Positions 33,905 to 44,455 of a DNA stretch of 64,000 bases are shown in pieces; the stretch's first letter is position 1, and the number at the start of each line of letters is the position of its first letter. Origin of the DNA: Selaginella moellendorffii (taxonomy: Eukaryota; Plantae; Lycopodiophyta); the NCBI RefSeq assembly GCF_000143415.4, contig NW_003314296.1:1091858-1155857 (forward strand). The letters are read 5' to 3'. The notes under the pieces are model-generated. The model saw nothing but the letters and a program-made list of their open reading frames with translations. It had not been told where the DNA came from and did not search any database. The position numbers and the translations under genes were made by a program.

Positions 33905-35030
33905 AGACTCTACAAGCACTGCCGCTCCCCCTCGTCCTTGAGCCTGCTCGCGAGAACTGCCTTCAGCGCCTTCAACATCTCGTTCGGTCGGCCTCCTCAT
34001 CGAGCTTGAACTCGAAGTTTGCCTCGGCGAAGTCCCTGTAGTAGTCGTTCACCTCCGCGAGATCGTTTTCCAGCAGCGTCTACATGTAGCACTCCTTGCA
34101 GTCGCACATGAAATTCAGGCTCTTGTGCTTGAAAGGATGGCCGCCCTTGATGAAGCTCTTCTCCAGCGTCGATGTCTCGGGCCGCGAAGTAGCAGGTCAC
34201 CTTTAATGTCCGTTTTGCAGAGGAATGGTTGATGAAGCTCGGTGTTGCGAGGTGGAAGAAGCCGCTCCGATTGTAGGACGCCTTGCTGACGATCTCAAAG
34301 GTTCGCTTCACTTCAATGCCTTCCGCCGCTGCTGTCAGTGCAAATCGGCCAATTCTCGGGAGTTGTCCAGTTCGGCCGGAAGGTTTCCATGCCGGGGACT
34401 TCTCGCTCGTCGCCCGCCGCCTCGCAAACGAGGCTGAGAAGCTGCTTGTATACCCGTGGAGATTTCATAGCCATGTCAAGCAGCCGAGCAGCAGCGTCTC
34501 GGTCCCAAGCCGACTCGTTTTCACCCTGCTCGAAGATGACCGCGTTGCTCACGAGCACAAGCTCACCTCGGTTAATCTTTCTCGTCGCAGACGGCCGCCG
34601 GCCACGCTTCTTGCTCTGGTCTCCACACATCTTCACCTCCACCGGGCCAACGTACTCGGCAAGCACTGGAAACTTTGGCTGTTTCTTGCTCTTGCCGTTG
34701 GAATCGCTCCACGCGCGGCTGTCCGGCTTTGCCTGGCAAGTTTCTGGGACTTCTCGAATAGCTAGTCGATGGTTTGGTCGAAATCTCTCAAGAGCTGCCA
34801 CGACCATTCGTAGCGATGGGGCTTGAGCAAAGCAGACGACTTCCGATACACGCTCTTGAGATGGCTGGGATCAGCGCCACTAGCCTGTGATGCGCTCAAG
34901 GCATAGGCTTGAGCAGCGGCCTCAAAGCTCTCGTCTTTGAAGAGCATGTTCCCTGTCGCGGGGTTCATACCTGCATGGAGGCGATCGTCGCCAAAGAAAG
35001 AGAGCACCTCCACGTTCGCCGGATTGTCGA
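33905..35030 (-). pseudogene. Truncated, frameshifted tandem duplicate of the TPR-SET gene
   Basis: LAEYVGPVEVKMCGDQSKKRGR and PSFINHS segments in different frames, with deletions. Confidence 0.88.
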
Positions 35031-35046
35031 CATACTAACCTCGAAA

Positions 35047-37188
35047 TTAAACCGTGATTATTTCCGTGCCTCTCTCGACGATGGCCTTGACAACACGATG
35101 ATCGTCCTGTCTGCCAAGCTTGATCTCCCACTCTCGCTCGATCACGCTCCATGCCGCGTCCTTGTCCCGTGCAAACTCCACCAGAAGTTTCATGTAAGCC
35201 AGATTCGTGTCGCTGGCCGCCGAGAACTTGTGCATCGCGGCCATGATCACCTCCGCCGCTGGGACGCCACCGCCAGGCACCGGCACCGCCGCCCCACTCT
35301 CCACCCTCTGGTAATAGTAGAGGTATAGCGACCAGTGGATCGCTCGCAAGCACTGCCGGTCCTCCTCGTCCTGGAGCTTGCTCGCGAGAACGTCTTCCAG
35401 CTTCTTCACCACCTTGCCAGCCTCGGGATCCTTCTTGAACTGGAACTCAAAGTTTGCCTCGGCGAGGTCCCTGTAGTAGCCGTTCACCTCCACGAGATCT
35501 TCATCCAGCAGCGTCTCGAGGTGGCACTTCTTGCAATCACACTCGAAGGATGCGAGCCTCTTGCGCCTGTAAGGATGGCCGCTATTGATGTAGCAGTGGA
35601 CGAGCTCTTCTCCGGCGGCGATGTCGCGAGCAGCAAAGTAGCAGGCCGAAGTTCCTAGCACCGTCTGGCACACGTTTGGAACGCAGGAATGGTTGATGAA
35701 GCTCGGGAGGAACCACGTCGCGACGTAGATGAGGCCTTTCGAGTACCTCGGATTGAAGGCGGCCTTGCTGACGATCTCACAGGTTCTCTGCACGTCGATG
35801 CCTTGAAGCGCCTCTCTGCCGGTGCTATCAGTGCTGCTAATCGGCCAAGCCTCGGGAGTTGTCCAGTTCGGCTGGAAGATTTCCATGGCAGGGACTTCTC
35901 GCTCGTCACCCGGCACCCCGCAAACGAGGGTGAGGAGCTGCTTGTATGCCCGTGGAGATTTCATGGCCATGTCGAGCAGCCGAGTAGCAGCGTCACGGTT
36001 GCAAGCCGACTGGTCGTCACCACGCTCAAAGATGACCGCGTTGCTCACGACCAGAAGCTCGCCTCGGTTGATCTTTCTTGTCGCAAACAGCCCCCGGCCA
36101 CGCTTCTTGCTCTGGTCTCCACACATCTTGATCTCCACCGGGCCAACGTACTCGGCAAGCTCTGGAAACTTTGGTGGCGCTTTGGTCTCGCTGTCCGAGG
36201 CATCGCTCCACGCACGAAGAAAGCTGGAAATCTCCTGGGCAATGCTGCTGCTGTCCCGGCTTTGCCAGGCGAGCTTCTGGCACTTGATGTAGAGCTCCTG
36301 GATCGCTTGGTCCTTCCCAGCGAAATCTTTCAAGAGCTGGCACGACCAGTCATAGAGATGGAGCTTGAGCAAAGCCAATGCCTTTCGGTAGAGACTCTTG
36401 AGATGGTTGGGATCCATCTCGAGAGCGGCACTGGCAGCATTGATGCAAGCCTCAAATCGCCCCAGCTTGAGGTAGCACGCGGCTTGGTTGGCAAGCGCTA
36501 GCATTCGATCGCGGCTATCATCCTGTGAGGTGATGATCAAGCCATAGGCTTGAGCTGCGGCCTCAAAGCTCCCATCTTTAGTAAGCTTGTTCCCTTCCAT
36601 CCGAATCGTGGAGTGGCTCATACCTCGAAATCTCTGGAGCTGATCGTCGCCAAGGAAAGAGAGCACCTCCACATTGGCCGGATTATCGAGCGCGATGAGC
36701 GAAAGAGTGCCGGGACCAGTTCCTGGATCATCGAGAAGCACCGCCAGATCAAGATTCACACTCAGATCGTCCAGAGGCCTCGCCAGCGTCGGCTCCTTGA
36801 CCGCTACCCTCGCCCCCCTGGGAAATTTCGACCGGACCTCCACGTCCGTGGCACTGCTCGTCGCCGCATGCTTGATCGCGAGCAGCACCGATTCCCCGCT
36901 AGAATCCTCAAGCACCGTGAGTACCTGGACGCCGCCGTCGATCTTGAGCGCATCGGCAGCGAGAAATCCGTGAAGAACACGCCCGGTCGCGCGCGCTCCC
37001 GGCGCGAGATCGCCGATCCGGACAGGAGCTAGGGCGGAGATCGCCGCGGAGGGAATGCCGTGATCATCTTGTACCCGCTGGAGCAGCATCGAGACCAGGA
37101 ATGTAGCCGGATCGAGGCACGCCACATCCTCCGCGAGGGATGGCGTCGCGTCGCTGATCACTGGCGCGCGGGCGAGGCGGAGGATCAT
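35047..37188 (-). CDS. TPR + SET-domain lysine methyltransferase with extra N-terminal domain, intronless
   Basis: TPR helices (ALANQAACYLKLG, KSLYRKA), RGRGLFATRKINRGELL, FINHSCVPN, GEELVHCY, post-SET CDCKKC. Confidence 0.9.
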   Translation of the reverse strand: MILRLARAPVISDATPSLAEDVACLDPATFLVSMLLQRVQDDHGIPSAAISALAPVRIGDLAPGARATGRVLHGFLAADALKIDGGVQVLTVLEDSSGESVLLAIKHAATSSATDVEVRSKFPRGARVAVKEPTLARPLDDLSVNLDLAVLLDDPGTGPGTLSLIALDNPANVEVLSFLGDDQLQRFRGMSHSTIRMEGNKLTKDGSFEAAAQAYGLIITSQDDSRDRMLALANQAACYLKLGRFEACINAASAALEMDPNHLKSLYRKALALLKLHLYDWSCQLLKDFAGKDQAIQELYIKCQKLAWQSRDSSSIAQEISSFLRAWSDASDSETKAPPKFPELAEYVGPVEIKMCGDQSKKRGRGLFATRKINRGELLVVSNAVIFERGDDQSACNRDAATRLLDMAMKSPRAYKQLLTLVCGVPGDEREVPAMEIFQPNWTTPEAWPISSTDSTGREALQGIDVQRTCEIVSKAAFNPRYSKGLIYVATWFLPSFINHSCVPNVCQTVLGTSACYFAARDIAAGEELVHCYINSGHPYRRKRLASFECDCKKCHLETLLDEDLVEVNGYYRDLAEANFEFQFKKDPEAGKVVKKLEDVLASKLQDEEDRQCLRAIHWSLYLYYYQRVESGAAVPVPGGGVPAAEVIMAAMHKFSAASDTNLAYMKLLVEFARDKDAAWSVIEREWEIKLGRQDDHRVVKAIVERGTEIITV

Positions 37189-37227
37189 CGCCTTGTGGAG
37201 CTTAATCTTACATTAATATATGAGACG

Positions 37228-37359
37228 TTGACCAGGTCAACATAGGTCAACATCATTTATTAATAAGGTTTAAGATGAAGCCGGGCAATTCAAATCTGTT
37301 GACCAATGCTGCCAGCAGACTAACAGTCCACGAGGGTCAACCTGGGTCTTCACAGTCAA
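37228..37359. promoter_or_regulatory. W-box cluster upstream of the TPR-SET gene
   Basis: TTGACY or its reverse complement at 37228, 37235, 37245, 37299, 37335, 37354. Confidence 0.55.
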
Positions 37360-39102
37360 CAGCCTTTGGTAGTTATTCCCGAAGAGCGATTGCTGCCAGT
37401 CGGGCTCGTTATAATCGGCCTCGTTGAAATACGCCCACGAACCCGGTGTGAGATCCCTCAACTGGGCATTTGCGGCGGTCAACCGATCCATCCTCTCGCG
37501 GATCGACGCTCCAATCGCCGGCGAATCCAGCGAGCTGGGCGAGGATGAACTAGGCGAGCTCGACGAATTGGAACTGGAAGGGCTCGCGAACGAGGAGGAA
37601 TCATCCCAGGAGCTCTCGGCGGTGATGTGCCACAACGCTTGCCTCCAAGCGGGATTCACCGCGACTGCGTCTCCAGCCCCCGCCACCGCCGCGCCGCCGC
37701 TCACCGCCACGCCCAGGATCGCGTTGCTCGTCGCGTTGGATTGCAGCAGCGTGACGAGCGCGTCGCTGATCTCGCCACCGGAGCTCTCGATCGCGCTGGC
37801 GGGGACGAGGCGGGAGATGAGCACTCGATTCGTGCCGAGATCGTCGTTGCAAATCCCCCTGGCGCTCGGGTAGAACGAGCACATCGTGTCGTTGTACCAC
37901 TCCAGGAAGCTGGGATACGATCGCACGCCGCCGCCCACCGCGCGGACCGTGGCGTTGTGACGTGCGATCCACTCCAGGAACGATCCAAAGCTCTGGTCGT
38001 GGAACGCGGTGGTCTGGTTGAGCGCGTGGTAGCGGAGAGTCAGCGAGGTGCCGCCCATCACGAAGTAGCCCGCCCAGCCCTGGCGGTACAGCGCGGCGCT
38101 AAGCTGGGTAAACTGGCCTATCAGCTGGCGGTAGCTCCCCACGCCGCTGGCGGCAAGCACGTGTACCGCCGAGAGAATGTTGCTCGGCGCCGGGAACGTG
38201 CGATGTACCGCCGCGGTAACCACGCCGAAGGTGCCGCCGCCGCCGCCGCGTAGCGCCCAGAAAAGGTCCCGGTTAACGCACCGGTTGGCGTACCGCACGG
38301 TACCACCGGGCGTCACAATCGTGAACTGGAGCACGTTGTCGGCGGCGAGGCCGTACGCCGCGGGGCTGTGCCCACCGCCCTGTACGTAACCGCCGGCGGT
38401 AGCCACCGAGGAGCTAAGCGCGCCCACGACGAGCTTCCCTTGGGCGTGGGCGGCGGTGTAGAGCTCGCGCCACTGGACGCCAGCGCCCACCTCCACTGCC
38501 GAGGCGCCGCTGGAATGGGGATCGCAGCCCTCCTCGACGAATTCCTCGCTGAATTGGATGCTCTTGAGATTGTGCGTCCAAATGCTGAGCGATCCACGCG
38601 CGAAGCTCCGCCCGAGGTAGTCATGGCCCGTGCTCTTCACCACGATCCGCAAGAAATGCTGCCGGGCGAAGTGGATGGCGGCCTGGACCTGCGAGATGGA
38701 GGAGACGTTGACAGCGAGCACCTGGGAGCACGATGACGCCGAGGGCAGCGCGGTACCGTTGGGCGGGAGCGGGCAGCTCTGGGTGCCGTAGGCCTCCCAG
38801 TTTGGGTGCTCCACTTGGGTGGAGCGCCACGCACTGTCGTGCCAATTGGCCCGCGCGGTGGCGCACTGCGCGGTACCGTCGGCGTCATAGCAGGGTGACG
38901 CTGGTGGGCGGACCTGGATGAGCGCGCCGCCCACTGTGAGATTGAATCGCTCCCAGTGCTTGGCGTTTGGGAAGCACGATTGATCGGCAGTGCAGCGGCA
39001 TCTAGTGGCGGCGATTGCAGCGGGCAAGAGGAGGAAGAGCGCGAGGAGGAGGGATTTGCGAGTAGATCGATCACACATTGCTTCGTTCCACGCAAGGATC
39101 AT
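37270..39102 (-). CDS. Secreted FAD-linked oxidoreductase (VAO/BBE family), intronless; start at 39102 or 39078
   Basis: Signal peptide; KSTGHDYLGRS, GGYVQGGGHS, DLFWALRGGGGGTFGVVT, AYFNEAD..W..FG.NYQRLL..K..VDP. Confidence 0.9.
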   Translation of the reverse strand: MILAWNEAMCDRSTRKSLLLALFLLLPAAIAATRCRCTADQSCFPNAKHWERFNLTVGGALIQVRPPASPCYDADGTAQCATARANWHDSAWRSTQVEHPNWEAYGTQSCPLPPNGTALPSASSCSQVLAVNVSSISQVQAAIHFARQHFLRIVVKSTGHDYLGRSFARGSLSIWTHNLKSIQFSEEFVEEGCDPHSSGASAVEVGAGVQWRELYTAAHAQGKLVVGALSSSVATAGGYVQGGGHSPAAYGLAADNVLQFTIVTPGGTVRYANRCVNRDLFWALRGGGGGTFGVVTAAVHRTFPAPSNILSAVHVLAASGVGSYRQLIGQFTQLSAALYRQGWAGYFVMGGTSLTLRYHALNQTTAFHDQSFGSFLEWIARHNATVRAVGGGVRSYPSFLEWYNDTMCSFYPSARGICNDDLGTNRVLISRLVPASAIESSGGEISDALVTLLQSNATSNAILGVAVSGGAAVAGAGDAVAVNPAWRQALWHITAESSWDDSSSFASPSSSNSSSSPSSSSPSSLDSPAIGASIRERMDRLTAANAQLRDLTPGSWAYFNEADYNEPDWQQSLFGNNYQRLLTVKTQVDPRGLLVCWQHWSTDLNCPASS

Positions 39103-39171
39103 CTTCTTTCTTCCTTTCGGCTTGGATCTTTTTAAAGCGTTCTCCCGCGCCATGACATTAGAATGATCTAT

Positions 39172-39301
39172 CGACCATTGACTAACGACATTGAACAATG
39201 TACAGTGGACTCGCTGACCATCGTTGACGAGTGACCATTGACTAACTAGTCAACGACATTGATCAAAGGGACCACAGTGGACTCGCTGACTAGCGTTGAC
39301 T
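39172..39301. promoter_or_regulatory. Tandemly duplicated W-box-rich element upstream of the FAD oxidoreductase
   Basis: GACCATTGACTAAC..ACAGTGGACTCGCTGAC..CGTTGAC twice; TTGACT/AGTCAA at 39178, 39238, 39248, 39296. Confidence 0.6.
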
Positions 39302-41849
39302 AGTAGGACTCCACGTAAATGTTGGAGAGTAGGACGTGGGAGGAGCCACACTCTTGTGGAGTTCGCTCAAGAACAAGCTCCTCGAGAACCCTCGCGCGAT
39401 CAAAGTCGTGGTGGATCTTACACGCCCCCAGCAGCGTCGTCCACGCCAGTGGCTCCGGCTCGAATGGCATCGTCTCCACGAGCTCCTGCGCTTGATCCAG
39501 CCAGCCCGCGCGGCCGAGAAGATCCACCAGGCACACGAAGTGATCCATCTGGGGCGCGATCTCCCACTCGGCGGCCATGGACGTGAAGCACTCGTGGCCG
39601 CTGGAGACGAGGCCCGAGTGGGAGCACGCCACCAAGATGGTGATGAAAGTCACGTCGTCCGGCTCGGCACCGTCGAGCTCCATCCTCCTGTACATTTCCA
39701 TGGCTTCCTCGGCGTGGCCGTGCTTCGCGAATCCCACTATCATCGCCGTCCAGGACACCAAGTTCTTATGCTCCATCCTGTGGAAGATCCGGCTCCCTTC
39801 GTCCAGGAAGCCACACTTGGCGTGTAAGTTCACGATCGCGTTCTCCACCACAATGTTCTTCCTCGTCATCGCCTCCAAGTTGGCGTTGGAGTGGAGATGG
39901 CGGAGGAGTTCCTTGGCCTGGTTTAAGTCTCCCAGGTTCGAGCACGCTGCTAGAACCGCGGCGATGGCTCCTTGATCCGGCTCCACTCTTTCCGTCTCCA
40001 CCATTCTTTTGTAAAGATCGATGGCTTGCCTTTCGCGTCCAGCTTGAGTGTATGCCGTGAGGAGGATGTTCCAGCTGACCACCGTTCGGGAGCTTTCGTC
40101 CATGGACTCGAAGAACTTGCTCGCTTCCTCCAGGCTGCCACACTTTGCGTACATGTTGAGCAGTGAGTTCTGGACGAGCTCCGACTTTATCATCCCGGTC
40201 GCCACTGCTCGGCTGTGGATCTCTTTGCCGTCTTCAAGGTCGAAGCACGAGCCGAGAACAGCAGCCAGAGTGACGCTGTTTGGTTCTATCTCCCCGTCGC
40301 GAAGCATGCTCTTGTAGAGTCCCATGGCTTCGCGGTGATAGCCTTCCTGAGTGTAAGCTGCGATCATCGACGTCCAGGCGACCACGTCTCTGAGCTCCAT
40401 GCTATCAAACACCCGACGAGCTTCTTCGGCCCTGTGGCACTTCGCGTACATGTTGACGACCGCGGTCTCCAAGTTTCTATCCGGAAGAAGACTCTCAGCT
40501 CTGGCTCGCTGGTGGATCGCCCGGCCGTGTTTCAAAGCTCCAACGTTGGCACACCACCCGAGCAAGCAAATCAAAGTCACTGCGTTGCCACGGACTCCTT
40601 GAAGCTCCATCTCCCGGAACAAATCCAGTGCCTCCGCAGCCTGGTCTTTCCCACCAAAGTGTGCGTAAGCTCCGAGAAGAGCGTTCCATGACATGATGTT
40701 CTTCTCTTCCATCCCGTCGAAAACTTTCCTGGCGTCCAGCAAGCCGGCACAGTTCCCATACATCGAGACGAGCGCAGTCCCGAGCGCTGGATCCCGCAGA
40801 TCCAATGAAGTCACTCGGGAGTGAACTCTTCTGCCTTGATCGAGATCGCCCAGGACCGAGCAAGCACTGAGAACGCTTACGTAAGTCACGCTGTTTGGTT
40901 CCACGTCCATCTTGCTGTAAAGCTCCACAGCGTCTCTAGCTCTCCCGCTGTGAGTGTAAGCCGTGATCATCGACGTCCAAGTGATCACGTCCCTGCGCTC
41001 TATCCCATCGAAAACTTTTCTCGCCTGATCGATCCTCCCGCATCTCGAGTACATGGTGATGAGAGCGTTCCCGAGAGGACCATCCGGTTGGATCTTCAAA
41101 GCAGCAATCCTTGCGTGGATTCTTTCCCCGAGCTTGAGATCGCCCAAGCTGGAAATCGCTGTGAGGACTGCCACGAATGTGATCTTGTTGGGCTCTACAT
41201 CCATTCTCTGATAGAGCTCCACTGCCTTGTGAAAATGCCCAGTCTGGGCATACGCTGTGAGCATCGCAGTCCAGGACACCACATTCTTGCGGGAGATCCC
41301 ATCGAAAACTTTCTCGGCCTCTTGCAAGCTCCCACACCTGGCATACATCGTCACAAGGGCCGCCTCTAGAGAAAGATCCGATTCCCTCCTAGACGATCGG
41401 ATTCGCGAGTGGACCGATCTTCCCTCGGCCAAGAGCTGCGAATTTCCACAGGCGCCCAGCACGCCCAGCAGCGTCACTCGATTCGGCTCCACGCCCTCGG
41501 AATCCATCCTCTGATAGAGATCTAGCGCCTCTCTTCCCTGTCCGGCCTGAGAATACCCCGAGACCATCGCATTCCACGACACCACGTCCTTCTTGGCCAT
41601 GGAATCGAATGTGGATCGCGCTTCTTCCATGCTGCCGCACTGGCGATACATCTGGATGAGGAGATTTCCCAAGAACGTGTTGCCGCCATAGCCATGGCGG
41701 AGGAGATGGCGGTGGACGCGGCGGCCCTCCTCGATCGCCTTGGCGGCGCCGCAGCATTGGATGAGAGACGCGTAGAGTGATGATCCTCCCACCTGGATCG
41801 CTTCCAGGCGCTCCAATCCATCCTTGATGGAAAGAAGGGTTCTACGCAT
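39300..41849 (-). CDS. PLS-class PPR protein ending in an E domain, no DYW; probable organellar RNA-editing factor
   Basis: P-L-S triplets (DVVSWNAM, VEPNRVTL, ALVTMYARCG); C-terminal WTTLLGAC..VLLSNIY. Confidence 0.93.
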   Translation of the reverse strand: MRRTLLSIKDGLERLEAIQVGGSSLYASLIQCCGAAKAIEEGRRVHRHLLRHGYGGNTFLGNLLIQMYRQCGSMEEARSTFDSMAKKDVVSWNAMVSGYSQAGQGREALDLYQRMDSEGVEPNRVTLLGVLGACGNSQLLAEGRSVHSRIRSSRRESDLSLEAALVTMYARCGSLQEAEKVFDGISRKNVVSWTAMLTAYAQTGHFHKAVELYQRMDVEPNKITFVAVLTAISSLGDLKLGERIHARIAALKIQPDGPLGNALITMYSRCGRIDQARKVFDGIERRDVITWTSMITAYTHSGRARDAVELYSKMDVEPNSVTYVSVLSACSVLGDLDQGRRVHSRVTSLDLRDPALGTALVSMYGNCAGLLDARKVFDGMEEKNIMSWNALLGAYAHFGGKDQAAEALDLFREMELQGVRGNAVTLICLLGWCANVGALKHGRAIHQRARAESLLPDRNLETAVVNMYAKCHRAEEARRVFDSMELRDVVAWTSMIAAYTQEGYHREAMGLYKSMLRDGEIEPNSVTLAAVLGSCFDLEDGKEIHSRAVATGMIKSELVQNSLLNMYAKCGSLEEASKFFESMDESSRTVVSWNILLTAYTQAGRERQAIDLYKRMVETERVEPDQGAIAAVLAACSNLGDLNQAKELLRHLHSNANLEAMTRKNIVVENAIVNLHAKCGFLDEGSRIFHRMEHKNLVSWTAMIVGFAKHGHAEEAMEMYRRMELDGAEPDDVTFITILVACSHSGLVSSGHECFTSMAAEWEIAPQMDHFVCLVDLLGRAGWLDQAQELVETMPFEPEPLAWTTLLGACKIHHDFDRARVLEELVLERTPQECGSSHVLLSNIYVESY

Positions 41850-41898
41850 ACAAAGGGGGAAAAAAGATTTTAGGGTTTATCAGTTTCTAGGGCAGGGA

Positions 41899-44455
41899 AT
41901 GGGACGCCACAGCTCGGAGGACAGGCATCGATCGCGCAGGTACGACAACGAAGCGGAAGATAGAGCTAGGAAGTCCAGGAAATCGAGGCGCAGCGATTCC
42001 AGCGATGATTCCGAGCGCGAGGAGAGGAGGAGGAAGCGGAAATCCGTGAAGAGGAGAAAGAGAAGAGACGAGAGCTCTGGCTCGGAGATTGAATCCGATG
42101 GAGAAGATCGGAGGAAGAGGCATAGAAAATCGAGGCGCGACGAGAGCGATGCTTCTTCCAGCGATGATGAAGGGAGAAAGTTTACTGAGGAAGAACTTAA
42201 CGAGTACCTTGTGAAGAAAGCTCAAAGAAAGGTACTACAATTTTTTTTTTCTTTCTTCTCTGCATGACTTTGATTTGTCATATGTCCAGGCGGCCAGGGT
42301 AGCGAAGAAGCTTAAAACGCAGACTGTGTCCGGCTATTCCAACGATAGCAATCCTTTTGGAGACTCCAACTTGACTGAGAAGTGAGTGAAGTTTATTCGG
42401 CATTTTCGGTTTGGAGTTGATTGTTTTTCGCGGTTTTGAGTTGATTTTTTTTCGCAGGTTTGTGTGGAGGAAAAAAATAGAACGTGATGTAGCAAATAAG
42501 AAGATGGACTTGAAAGATCTCTCCGTGAAAGCGGAGAAACTGCGCCAAAAAGAGCGGATGGTAAGATGATACGGTGTTACTCTCCTGGCTGCTACTAAAA
42601 CGAACTCCTGTTTCTGCAGAGAGAAATCGAAAAGGTTAAGAAGAGACGAGAAGAAAGGGCTATAGAAAAGGCTCAACATGAAGAAGAAATGGCCATGCTA
42701 GCGAGAGAGCGAGCAAGAGCAGAGTTTCAGGACTGGGAGAAAAAGGAAGAAGAGGTTTGTTTTTTGATATCATTGTTTTAAAGTCAAATCTAACATTTTA
42801 TTGTGGATTGCAGTTTCATTTTGATCAAAGCAAAGTGCGTGCTGAGATTCGCTTGAAGGAAGGCCGGGCAAAACCAATTGATGTTTTGTCCAGAAATCTA
42901 AATTCTCCCGACGAGTTTGATATTGCCATAACGGAGCCATATAAGATATTCAAGGTTTTTAATCTGTTTTTCGATTTTCGTCTTGCTCAACCATTCTTTG
43001 CTTTCAGGGACTTACCGTCAGAGAGATGGAAGATCTCCGTGACGATATTCGAATGCATCTGGAGCTAGACAGGACAACACAAACGCACATTGACTTTTGG
43101 GAGGCCATGATGGTTGTTTGCGACTGGGAGCTAGCAGAATCACTTAAAAAGGATGGAGTTGATAAAGCTAGAGTTCGTGGTGAAGAGCCCGGTCAAGAGC
43201 TGATGGCGGACGATTTTGGACTACACAAGAGCGTTGATCCGGACGTCAAGACTCTTCTTCATAACATGAGCTATCGCCAACTGGAAGAAGAACAAGTGAA
43301 GATTGAAGAGCAAATGCGGTCTGGATCAGCGAAGATTGTCGAGTTCTGGGAGTCCTTATTGAAGAGGTTGCAAATCTTCAAAGCCAAGGTACGCACAAAG
43401 TTCATTTCCTTCTCACAATTGCTAACGAAAATTACAGGCTCGCCTACGAGAAATATACTCGGATGTACTTCAGCAGCACTTGCAACGTATCGATGAATCC
43501 GAAATAAACAAGATTTCAAACGAAGATGAGGAGGAAGCGATGGTCACAGAAGAGCTAAACAGGTCTCCAACACCTGAGGTTGAGCCTGAAGTATACGACG
43601 ACGACGATCCAGGGTCATTTTCTCCTCAACTGGTTCATGACTATGAAGCTGACGAGATTGTGGATCCCGAGACCGACAGAGCAGAACTTGTAAGCACTAA
43701 AACCTGTTTTTTTTTTTTTTTTTGGTTTCATTTCATGTGTGACTTGGATTCTTCCGTAGGAACGCAAGAGGGCTGAAGTTCTTGAGGAGCAACAAAAGAG
43801 GTTACAGGACGCCTCTGGTCCCAGCGAAGAGGAAAACATCGAGCACGAGAGGGCAATTGCCTTGAAGGCAATGGGAAATATGGAAGAAGGCGATGCCATA
43901 CTTGGATCCGGGGCAGAGGTCAATCTGGAATCTCAGGTACGTAGAACTTCTGTTTTCGATATATTGATGCTAGGCTTCCGCCTTTGCAGGTTTACTGGTG
44001 GCACGATAAGTACCGCCCGAGAAAGCCCAAGTATTTTAACCGAGTCCACACGGGCTACGAGTGGAACAAATACAACCAGACGCATTATGACCACGACAAT
44101 CCGCCGCCGAAGATCGTCCAGGGATACAAGTTTAACATTTTCTATCCCGACCTCGTTGACAAAACGAAGGCACCGACTTATGCGATCGAGAGAGATGGAA
44201 GCAGCGGGGAGACGTGCCTCATCAGATTTCACGCAGGCCCTCCATACGAAGATATTGTGAGTGATTTGTTCCTCGTTGTTTTCTTGTTTGTTTTTTGGTT
44301 TCCGTGTTGCTAAGATGGTGTGTGTGTGTTTGCAGGCTTTTCGCATTGTCAACAAGGAATGGGAGTATTCACACAAGAAAGGCTTCAAGTGTACATTCGA
44401 GCGAGGTATCCTTCATGTTTATTTCAACTTTAAGAGGTACCGCTACAGGAGGTGA
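41899..44455 (+). CDS. CACTIN: Cactin (spliceosome-associated), multi-exon
   Basis: GYSNDSNPFGDSNL, FHFDQSKVRAEIRLKEGRAKPID, KYRPRKPKYFNRVHTGYEWNKYNQTHYD, NFKRYRYRR*. Confidence 0.95.

Noticed and set aside
35047-39102. Fungal contamination as the source of the fungal-like genes
   Set aside because: They are interleaved at <250 bp with typical plant genes, and both the SET and kinase genes have local decayed duplicates; long reads are still needed for formal exclusion
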